A stretch of DNA of 26,159 nt from Solirubrobacterales bacterium. Lineage in GTDB: Bacteria > Actinomycetota > Thermoleophilia > Solirubrobacterales > 70-9. Below are positions 16,155 to 23,934 of this stretch, one piece after another. The notes under the pieces were generated by a model, which was given only the letters and a program-made list of their open reading frames with translations, was not told the origin of the DNA and searched no databases. The number at the start of each line of letters is the position of its first letter. Position 1 is the first letter of the stretch. Position numbers and translations under genes: made by a program. The stretch covers positions 1-26,159 of the forward strand of contig JBGAOF010000001.1 in NCBI GenBank assembly GCA_044221915.1. Reading direction: 5' to 3'.

Positions 16155-19100
16155 ATGGCAACCAAGAGGCTGAACATGATCAGGAAGGGAACCTTCAAGG
16201 GACTGGCTGCGGGGATGATTTCGCTTGCCGCGCTGTCAATCGGGGTAGCCACTGCCGAGGCCGGGTTCCCCGGCGGCAACGGACCGATCGCTTTCACCAG
16301 CACCCGTGGTGGCGCGACCGACATCTACAAGATGAACGTGGACGGCAGCGGGGTTACCCGTCTGACCAACGTCGGCACCAACACCTCGCCAGCCTGGTCG
16401 CAGGATCGCAGCAAGATCGCCTTCATCTCGAACCGGGACGGCAACGCCGAACTCTACGTGATGGATGCGGACGGATCCAACCAGACCCGTCTCACGACCT
16501 CGGTCGCGACCGAGTCCGACCCGGCCTTTTCGCCGGACAACAGCCAGATCGCCTTCGCCAGCAACGCGGGGGGAGACCGCGAATTGCATGTGATGGTGAT
16601 TGCCGATGCCCCGGCCAGCACCCAGATCACTGCCAACACCACCCAGGATTACGCGCCGGACTTCTCGCCCGACGGTTCCACTCTCGTCTACGAGCACTAC
16701 GCACCAGGCGTTGACCCGGGCAAGGGCTACCAGATCATGAAGATCCCGACCGTCGGTGGCACGCCCGTGAACCTCACTGGAACCTCGTACACGGTCGAAA
16801 ACGCCGACCCTGCCTTCAACGGTGACGGCAGCCGGGTCGTTTTCCAGAGCCGGAACAGGCCCGCCCAGAGCAACTGGGAGATCTACACGATGAACGCCGA
16901 CGGCAGCAACCAGACCCGTCGCACGAACGTTCCTTCCGCCGCCAATACGGCACCGGTCTACTCGCCTTCCGGCACCAACGGTCCGCTGGACCTTGGGACT
17001 CCCGAAAAGATCCTCTTCGTCTCCAACCGGACCGGTTCCAGCCAGGTCTTCGTCATGAACGCCAACGGGGCCGGTCAGACTCAGCTCTCCGATGCCGTCG
17101 GTTCCGACAGCGAACCGAGCTGGCAGGCGCTGGACATCTTCCCGCCCAACACCTCGATCACCGCCGGGCCGGCGGAAGGCGCGACGGTCGCGGCCGACAA
17201 CGCCGATTTCGCCATCGAATCAACCGAAGCGGGGTCCACCTTCGAGTGCCGTCTCGATGCACTTCCCGCAGTTGGAAGCTGGGGAGCCTGCAACGCGGCC
17301 TACAACACGGGGACGATCGCCGACGGGGACTACACGTTGAACGCACGTGCCATCGATCCGTCCGGCAACGTCGACCCGAGTCCGGTCACCCGCTCGTTCA
17401 CGATCGACACCACACCACCTGTGGTCGATCTGGCCGACGGCCCGCGAGGACCGTGGAACGGTGCCCGTCTCAACTTCACCAATCCGCTCTTCGAGTACAG
17501 CTCACCGGAGGATTCACCGACCAATGTGATCACCTTCGAGTGTCGCCTCGATCCGCCCGCCGACTGGGCTGACTGCACCGAAAACGGGAGCTTCCAGGCT
17601 TCCGGCCTCACCGAGGGCTCGCATACCTTCCAGGTCCGCGGGATCGACCCCTGGGGCAACGCCTCGGCACCGGTCGAGGTCACCTTTGTAGTCGATCTGA
17701 CCGAGCCGGCCACGACCATCGACTCGGGGCCCGCCGACGGGTTCTGGCTCAACAACGGCCATCCTTCATACGAGTTCACGGCTGATGAGCCCGGCACCTT
17801 TGAATGCCGGATCAGCGATTCCGGACAGGATTCCTGGGCTGCTTGTACGAGCCCCTTCGTGCCTTCTCCGGATCTGGCCGACGGACCCCACACCTTCGAA
17901 GTGCGCTCGACCGACCAGGCCGAGAACGTGGAAAGCACCCCGGCCAGCAGGCTGGTCAACGTGGATACCGTCGCTCCGGTGACCACGGTCCTGACCGGAC
18001 CCGATGCGGAGACGATTGATGTCGACCACGCATCGTTCACTTTTGATAACGACCAGCCGGAAGACGCCACCTTTGAATGCAACTTCAACGGCGGCGGCTG
18101 GAACGCCTGTGTCTCGCCGTTCGAGACCGGGACTATCAACAACGACGACTACACCTTCCAGGTGCGGTCAACCGACCGGGCCGGGAATCTCGGCGGACCG
18201 TCGGCGACTCGTTCCTTCACCGTCTACGCCCCGCCGCGTACCGTGGTCACGAGCGGACCGGCCGAAGGCAGTCACATCCCGACCGGCAGCCCCAGCTTCG
18301 AGTTCACCTCGGAAGGCGCCGGAATCGGCGAGACCCCGCCGACCTTCGAGTGCCGGGTTGATTCCGGTGACGAGAATGACTGGTCCTCCTGCACCTCGCC
18401 CCTGAACCTTTTCGGGCTGAACAACGGAGCACACACCGTTGAAATCCGGGCGATCGGACAGGGAGGCCGGCCCGATCTCACGCCGGTGGTCAGGAACTTC
18501 ACTGTCGACAAGGTCAACCCGACCACCGACATCGTTTCCGGCCCGGCCGAATCGTCACTGACCAACGATCCGACCTTCGGTTTCGCGTCGAACGAGCCGG
18601 GAACCTTTGAATGTTCGCTGGACGGTGGCGGGACCTGGACCGCCTGTGCCAGCGGCGTGCCGATCGCCGCTCCGGACGGGCCCGTGGCCCTGCTGGTGCG
18701 TGCCGTGGATCTCGCCGGCAATGTCGATCTGAGCCCGGCCAGTCGCAATTTCGATCTCGACACGGTCGCCCCGGACACCGTCTTTGACAGTGGCCTGGCC
18801 GACGGTTCGAGGACAAAGAACACGACCGAATCCTTCGCTTTCCACGGAACCGAAGCCGGCAGTCTCGAATGCAGCGTCGATTCGGGAGACTGGGCGGCCT
18901 GCAGCAGCCCGGAAGAACTGACCGGTATGTCCGATGGCGCGCAAAGCCTCGCCGTTCGGGCGATTGACGGGGCCGGCAATGTCGACCCCTCCCCGGCCAG
19001 CCGCAGCTTCACCGTTGACACGGTGGCACCGACAGCGACGATCACCAACGCCGCACCGGCCGAAGGCTCGATCGGCAGCAACCAGCTGCCGACCTTCACT

Positions 19101-22037
19101 TTCGATTCCAGCGAGAACATTTCACCGACCTTCCTCTGCCGGTTCTTTGACTCGCAGACCGACCCGCAATCGGTGAACTTCACCGCCTGCGTTTCCGGCG
19201 TCCAGCCGGGTGCACCGCTTGCCGATGAAACCTGGACATTCCAGGTCAAGGCGGTTGATGATGTCGGCAATATCCAGGCTGATCAGGCAAGCCGGACCTT
19301 CACGGTAGACACCACCGAGCCGGATACCACGATTGACAGCGGCCCGGCCGACGCCAGCACCGTCGACACCCCGGCGGTTGACTTCACCTACTCGTCGAGC
19401 CAGACAGGTTCAACATTCGAGTGTTCATACGTTTCCACCGGTGATCCCGAAAACTGGCAGTCCTGCCCGGCGGAGGGTGTCAGCTACACCGCCAAGCCCG
19501 ACGGCGACTACACCTTCAAGGTGCGGGCGACCGACCCGGCCGGCAACGTCGATTCGACCCCGGCCTCCAGCGCCTTCACGATTGACGCGCCGCCGTACGT
19601 TCACATCCTGCCGGCCAGTGATGTGGACGAGGGGGAGACCACCCGTCTCACCGAGCCGTCCTTCCAGTTCGACTCCGATGATCTCGCCGCGACCTTCGAG
19701 TGCCGCGTGGATCCGGTGGACGAGAACTCGCCCTGGACGGCCTGCAGCAGCCCTCATGCCACGGCCACCCTGGTTGATGGCGATCACACCTTCGAAGTGC
19801 GTGCCGTTGACGGCCAGAACCGGCCGTCGGTCACCCCGGCCTCGGTTCACTTCACGGTTGATTCCGTCAAGCCGGTGACCAGCTTCACGGTGGCCCCGGC
19901 TGACGGCTCGACGATCACCGACAGCTCGCCGGACTTCGACTTCACGGCCTCCAAGCCGGGATCGACATTCGAATGCCAGATTGACGGGGGTGGCTTCTCG
20001 GCCTGTGTGCCGCCGCAGACCCTCGGTCCGCTCGTTGACGGGAATCACACCTTCGAGGTGAAGGCGACCGACCCGATCGGGAACGTTGAAGCGCCCCCGG
20101 CCGCGGTTGATTTCACGGTTGACACGACGGCTCCGGTGACCACCGTCACCCAGCCGGCCGAAGCCCAGGCCTTCACCACAAATCAGCCGGAGCTGAACTT
20201 CACGGCCGGAGAGCCGGCCACCTTCAGCTGCGTGATTGATGGTGGCACGCCGTTCACCTGTGCCGACGGAGACATCACCGCCGAACTCGCCGATGGCGCT
20301 CACACCCTCGTGGTGACCGCCACCGATCTCGTCGGCAATCTGGAAACCGCTCCGGTGACGATCAACTTCACCACCGAGGCGCCACCCACCATCAACGTGA
20401 CATCCGGTATCGCCGATGGCGGGGTCAGCAACAACCCCGACCAGAGCTTCGAGTTCGAAGCCTCGGAAAACGACGCGACCTTCGAATGCCGGGTCGACTC
20501 GACCAACCCTGGCGATCCGTGGAACGTCTGCGCTTCGCCGGTTGATCTGACCGGTCTCAGCGAAGGCAGTCACAAGTTCGAGGTCCGGGCGGTCGCTTTC
20601 GCACCGCCGAATGATCCGTCGCTGAAGCCCGCCGTGCGGAACTTCACCGTCGACCTCACCAAGCCGACCACCGACATCACCGGCGGTCCGGCTGACGGAC
20701 AGACGATCATTGTGGACCAGGCCGAATTCTCCTTCGTCTCCAACGATGGTGGCCAGAGCTTCGAATGCCGGATTGATTCCGACGAGGTAGCCGACTGGGC
20801 GGCCTGCAGCTCCCCGGTTGCCCTGAACGGTCTTGATGACGGAGAACACAGCTTCGAAGTCCGGGCTACCGACCAGGCTGGAAACGTTGAAGATCCGGTC
20901 ACCGCGATCGACTTCTCGGTTGACACGGTCGCACCGGTGACCAACATCACCTCCGGCCCCGCGCAAGGGTCCTCGACTCAGAATCCGACCCCGAGCTTCG
21001 CGTTTGAATCGAGCAAGCCGGGATCCACATTCGAATGCCGGATCGACTCGGATGCCTTCGCTCCCTGCTCAAGCCCGTTCACAACCGCGGCCCTGAGCGA
21101 GGGTTCCCATACCATCCGGGTGAAGGCCACCGATGCCAACGGCCTCGGTGAAGTGACCCCGGTTGCCCGGACCTTCACGATTGATCACACCGCGCCCGTC
21201 GCGCAGATCACATCGGGAAGCAGCGGCCTGGTGAACAACCGGGTCTCGACCTTCGCCTTCACCGCCAACGAGGCCTCCAGCTTCGAATGCAAGGTTGACG
21301 GCGGGGCTTTCGCTACCTGCACGTCGCCGTTTGCGACCGAATCGCTGGCCGACGGCCCCCATTCATTCCAGGTGCGGGCCACCGACGCGGCCGGCAATGT
21401 CTCGACCCCGAAGAGCTCGGACTTCGAGGTGGACGCGACCGCACCCGAGGTGACGGTCACCAACGCTCCCCCCGCTTCCAGCGAGGCAACGACTGCCACG
21501 GTCGGGTTCAATGCCAGCGAGACCGCCACCTTCGAATGCAGCGCGGACGGCGGTGCCTTCGTCGGCTGCACGTCGCCGCTGACCCTGACCGGTCTGGCGG
21601 TTGGTGCCCACACGGTCCAGATTCGGGCAACCGATGCCGCTGGCAACGTCGGCCCGGTGGAGTCGGTCGGCTTCGAGGTACTGGCTCCCAAGGCGCCCGG
21701 CAAGCTGGCCCGCCCGAAGATCAAGGTTGGCAAGAAGCGGGTCAGGGGTGGAAGCACCGTCAAGGTGGCCGTCACCCTGAGAAACACCGGTGAACTCGCC
21801 GTGACCAAGGCGAGGGCCTGCCTGAAGACCCCGAAGAAGCTGATCAGCGGCAAGGCAACTCGTTGCCGGAACGTCGGCACAATTGCCGGTGGCTCCGCCC
21901 GCAAGGTGGTGTTCAAGCTGAAGGCCCGTCCTGTCCGCAAGACCACCCGGGCGTCAATCCAGGTCACGGCCAGTGGCCGCTCGGGCTCGAAGACCACGAC
22001 CGGCACGATCCGGGGTCACGTCACCCTGATCAAATAG
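16155..22037 (+). CDS. Giant secreted surface protein 3: TolB-like (PD40) beta-propeller, 17 two-Cys Ig-like repeats, basic C-terminal domain
   Basis: Start ATG 16155 or ATG 16176; signal peptide ends ATAEA|G. Six PD40-type blades (SPAWSQDRSKIAF, DPAFSPDNSQIAF, APDFSPDGSTLVY, DPAFNGDGSRVVF and others) span 16263-17132. Repeats span 17133-21683. Confidence 0.88.
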   Translation: MATKRLNMIRKGTFKGLAAGMISLAALSIGVATAEAGFPGGNGPIAFTSTRGGATDIYKMNVDGSGVTRLTNVGTNTSPAWSQDRSKIAFISNRDGNAELYVMDADGSNQTRLTTSVATESDPAFSPDNSQIAFASNAGGDRELHVMVIADAPASTQITANTTQDYAPDFSPDGSTLVYEHYAPGVDPGKGYQIMKIPTVGGTPVNLTGTSYTVENADPAFNGDGSRVVFQSRNRPAQSNWEIYTMNADGSNQTRRTNVPSAANTAPVYSPSGTNGPLDLGTPEKILFVSNRTGSSQVFVMNANGAGQTQLSDAVGSDSEPSWQALDIFPPNTSITAGPAEGATVAADNADFAIESTEAGSTFECRLDALPAVGSWGACNAAYNTGTIADGDYTLNARAIDPSGNVDPSPVTRSFTIDTTPPVVDLADGPRGPWNGARLNFTNPLFEYSSPEDSPTNVITFECRLDPPADWADCTENGSFQASGLTEGSHTFQVRGIDPWGNASAPVEVTFVVDLTEPATTIDSGPADGFWLNNGHPSYEFTADEPGTFECRISDSGQDSWAACTSPFVPSPDLADGPHTFEVRSTDQAENVESTPASRLVNVDTVAPVTTVLTGPDAETIDVDHASFTFDNDQPEDATFECNFNGGGWNACVSPFETGTINNDDYTFQVRSTDRAGNLGGPSATRSFTVYAPPRTVVTSGPAEGSHIPTGSPSFEFTSEGAGIGETPPTFECRVDSGDENDWSSCTSPLNLFGLNNGAHTVEIRAIGQGGRPDLTPVVRNFTVDKVNPTTDIVSGPAESSLTNDPTFGFASNEPGTFECSLDGGGTWTACASGVPIAAPDGPVALLVRAVDLAGNVDLSPASRNFDLDTVAPDTVFDSGLADGSRTKNTTESFAFHGTEAGSLECSVDSGDWAACSSPEELTGMSDGAQSLAVRAIDGAGNVDPSPASRSFTVDTVAPTATITNAAPAEGSIGSNQLPTFTFDSSENISPTFLCRFFDSQTDPQSVNFTACVSGVQPGAPLADETWTFQVKAVDDVGNIQADQASRTFTVDTTEPDTTIDSGPADASTVDTPAVDFTYSSSQTGSTFECSYVSTGDPENWQSCPAEGVSYTAKPDGDYTFKVRATDPAGNVDSTPASSAFTIDAPPYVHILPASDVDEGETTRLTEPSFQFDSDDLAATFECRVDPVDENSPWTACSSPHATATLVDGDHTFEVRAVDGQNRPSVTPASVHFTVDSVKPVTSFTVAPADGSTITDSSPDFDFTASKPGSTFECQIDGGGFSACVPPQTLGPLVDGNHTFEVKATDPIGNVEAPPAAVDFTVDTTAPVTTVTQPAEAQAFTTNQPELNFTAGEPATFSCVIDGGTPFTCADGDITAELADGAHTLVVTATDLVGNLETAPVTINFTTEAPPTINVTSGIADGGVSNNPDQSFEFEASENDATFECRVDSTNPGDPWNVCASPVDLTGLSEGSHKFEVRAVAFAPPNDPSLKPAVRNFTVDLTKPTTDITGGPADGQTIIVDQAEFSFVSNDGGQSFECRIDSDEVADWAACSSPVALNGLDDGEHSFEVRATDQAGNVEDPVTAIDFSVDTVAPVTNITSGPAQGSSTQNPTPSFAFESSKPGSTFECRIDSDAFAPCSSPFTTAALSEGSHTIRVKATDANGLGEVTPVARTFTIDHTAPVAQITSGSSGLVNNRVSTFAFTANEASSFECKVDGGAFATCTSPFATESLADGPHSFQVRATDAAGNVSTPKSSDFEVDATAPEVTVTNAPPASSEATTATVGFNASETATFECSADGGAFVGCTSPLTLTGLAVGAHTVQIRATDAAGNVGPVESVGFEVLAPKAPGKLARPKIKVGKKRVRGGSTVKVAVTLRNTGELAVTKARACLKTPKKLISGKATRCRNVGTIAGGSARKVVFKLKARPVRKTTRASIQVTASGRSGSKTTTGTIRGHVTLIK
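17133..21683 (+). repeat. Seventeen ~89-aa Ig-like repeats, each with exactly two Cys
   Basis: Consensus DTxAPxTxIxSGPAxG...FxF.S.E.G.TFEC..D...W..C.SP.....L.DG.HTF.VRA.D.AGN...P..R.FTV, parsed by hand. Confidence 0.92.
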
Positions 22038-22055
22038 TTCCGACCGATATCCGGC

Positions 22056-22100
22056 AAGGGGCCCGCGTGGAAAGAGATTTCGCGCGGGCCCTTCCGTTTC
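22056..22100 (+). terminator. Putative terminator hairpin after the giant-protein genes
   Basis: GGGCCCGCG...CGCGGGCCC core with AAA/TTT inner pairs around a GAGA loop. It starts 19 bp after the stop codon and has only a short T tail (CCGTTTC). Confidence 0.55.
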
Positions 22101-22272
22101 GGGCCGGAAGGCGCGGACATAACTCCCGAGGGGGACGGCCCGCCGCCTTCTAGCAGGCACTCCGGACGCTGGGACTCCCCAGAGCCGGTTAATCGGTATT
22201 CTTCCTAGACGCGCCTCAGCCCCCGGGCCGAGGCTTTACTTTGTAACGGTACTGCCTGAGTAGCGAGGAAAT

Positions 22273-22437
22273 ATGGCACGCGGAGATGTCCGCATCGCGG
22301 TGACACTTGCCTGTGAGAGCTGCAAGCGTCGTAACTACCAAACCAACAAATCCAAACGCAATACTCCCGATCGCATCGAGATGCGGAAGTACTGCCGCTG
22401 GTGCGGCAAGCACCAGCCCCACAAGGAAACCCGCTAG
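22273..22437 (+). CDS. rpmG: 50S ribosomal protein L33 (zinc-binding C+ form)
   Basis: Below the track length cut-off. Translates as [54 protein letters not shown] with two CxxC pairs. GAGGA lies upstream. Confidence 0.97.
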   Translation: MARGDVRIAVTLACESCKRRNYQTNKSKRNTPDRIEMRKYCRWCGKHQPHKETR

Positions 22438-22946
22438 TGGCCCAATCCCGGGCACAGCGGAAGGCCGAACGCCGCGCGCGTGAGGCTGCGGCACAGGGTG
22501 AGGGCAACGCCGAGGCGAAAGCCCAGCACGACACTCAGGTGCCGAAGTCCGGTGACATCGCCGAGATCGAGGCGGTTGAAGCCGGGATCGCGGCCGGCGC
22601 CCGGGAAGAAGATCTCGAAACCCCCGACGCGCCCAAGGCGGGCCTGAGCTCCAGGGAAGAAAAGCGTAAGCAAAAAGAGGCCGAGAAGCGCAAAAAAGCC
22701 GAACAGAAGCGGCATGAGGAACAGCAGCTAGCCAAGCGGCAAAAGCAGGCGAAGTCTGAGCGCAAGCGCAGCGGGGTGATCGCTTTCCTGTCATCCTGTA
22801 TCGCCGAACTCAAGCGGGTCCAGTGGCCGGACCGGGACACCCTGATCCAGGCCACCGCGGTCACGATTGTTTTCGTGATCGTCGCCGCCGTCTATCTTGG
22901 CCTTCTGGACCTCGCCTTCAATTGGCTCGTCCAGAGGCTCATCTAA
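22437..22946 (+). CDS. secE: Preprotein translocase subunit SecE with long charged N-terminal extension
   Basis: GTG 22437 overlaps the rpmG stop (TAGTG). C-terminal motif ELKRVQWP is followed by one TM. Lies between rpmG and nusG. Confidence 0.92.
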   Translation: MAQSRAQRKAERRAREAAAQGEGNAEAKAQHDTQVPKSGDIAEIEAVEAGIAAGAREEDLETPDAPKAGLSSREEKRKQKEAEKRKKAEQKRHEEQQLAKRQKQAKSERKRSGVIAFLSSCIAELKRVQWPDRDTLIQATAVTIVFVIVAAVYLGLLDLAFNWLVQRLI

Positions 22947-22954
22947 GGAATTTC

Positions 22955-23476
22955 ATGTATCGCTGGTACGTAATCAACACATACTCCGGCCAGGAGAACA
23001 AGGTCAAACAGAAGCTCGAACATCGGATTGAGTCGATGGGCCAGCGCCACCGGGTCCGCAAGGTAGTGGTACCCACCGAGCAGGTTTCCGAGATCAAGGA
23101 CGGCCAGAAGATCCAGGTGGAGAAGCGAACCATGCCCGGCTATGTCCTGATCAACATGGACATGACCGACAACGCCTGGAGCCTCGTCTCCAACACCCAG
23201 GGCGTCACCGGCTTTGTCGGTCCGCGTGATACCCCGGTACCCCTGACAAAGAGCGAGGTTGACCGGCTGCTTCACCGCGAGACAGCCGAACGGCCACGCA
23301 CCCAGGCCCAGTTCGAGATCGGCGAGACGGTCAAGATCATCAGCGGCCCACTTTCCGATTTTTCCGGCGAGATCGCCGAAATCAACGACGACCAGCAGAA
23401 GCTCAAGGTGCTGGTTTCGATCTTCGGTCGCGAGACACCTTCCGAGGTCGGTTACGAGCAGGTAAAGAAGCTCTAG
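22955..23476 (+). CDS. nusG: Transcription termination/antitermination factor NusG
   Basis: ATG 22955 after [22 protein letters not shown]...PGYVLINM...GVTGFVG, and a KOW motif [21 protein letters not shown]...[14 protein letters not shown]. Confidence 0.98.
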   Translation: MYRWYVINTYSGQENKVKQKLEHRIESMGQRHRVRKVVVPTEQVSEIKDGQKIQVEKRTMPGYVLINMDMTDNAWSLVSNTQGVTGFVGPRDTPVPLTKSEVDRLLHRETAERPRTQAQFEIGETVKIISGPLSDFSGEIAEINDDQQKLKVLVSIFGRETPSEVGYEQVKKL

Positions 23477-23511
23477 CGAGCAAAATCTTCAACTCAAGGC
23501 ACCACAGACCC

Positions 23512-23934
23512 ATGGCGAAAAAAGTAATGACCCTGATCAAGCTCCAGATTCCGGCCGGCCAGGCCAACCCGGCCCCGCCGGTGGGCCCGGCCCTCGGCCA
23601 GCACGGAGTGAACATCATGGACTTCTGCAAGGCATTCAATGCGCAGACCCAGCAGGAGGGCGGCACAATCATCCCGGTCGAAATCACGGTCTACGAGGAC
23701 CGGAGTTTCGATTTCATCACCAAGACTCCGCCGGCCGCCGTCCTCATCAAGGAGGCGATCGGGATCCAGAAAGGTTCGGGAGAGCCCCATATCAACAAGG
23801 TCGGCACAATCACCGAGGCCCAGGTACGGCAGATCGCCGAGCGCAAGATGCCCGATCTGAACGCCAATGACCTGGACGCAGCCTCGAAGATCATCGCCGG
23901 TACTGCCCGTTCCATGGGCGTGGAGGTCAAGTGA
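23512..23934 (+). CDS. rplK: 50S ribosomal protein L11
   Basis: [36 protein letters not shown]...[10 protein letters not shown]. Confidence 0.99.
   Translation: MAKKVMTLIKLQIPAGQANPAPPVGPALGQHGVNIMDFCKAFNAQTQQEGGTIIPVEITVYEDRSFDFITKTPPAAVLIKEAIGIQKGSGEPHINKVGTITEAQVRQIAERKMPDLNANDLDAASKIIAGTARSMGVEVK

Noticed and set aside
19425-20966. 513-aa minus-strand ORF, plus the many other antisense or off-frame ORFs inside the giant genes (for example 11741-12781, 12926-13885, 14156-15088, 18272-19270)
   Set aside because: Shadow ORFs expected from GC-rich codon bias. They mirror the sense-strand repeats, show no family motif and have no RBS.
9216-21683. CRISPR array or contingency-type DNA repeats
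   Set aside because: The periodicity is at the protein-domain level with diverged DNA. I saw no identical repeats with unique spacers and no long homopolymer or SSR tracts.
10779-22037. LPXTG/LAXTG sortase signals, SLH, LysM or lipoprotein anchors on the giant proteins
   Set aside because: No motif followed by a hydrophobic helix at any C-terminus, no SLH or LysM pattern and no lipobox Cys. IPKTTG near the end of protein 2 is not followed by a TM.
22038-22272. attR-like duplicate of the tRNA-Thr 3' end, and integrase or transposase genes
   Set aside because: Only a weak resemblance (CCGTTTCGGGC versus CCGCTTCCGGGC) that is part of a hairpin. No recombinase motifs appear in any ORF, so no mobile element is called.
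23440-23511. L1 autoregulatory site upstream of rplK
   Set aside because: Only ACCAC is present. No matching GGGAG strand or helix was found in the 35-bp gap or the end of nusG, so it is not called.
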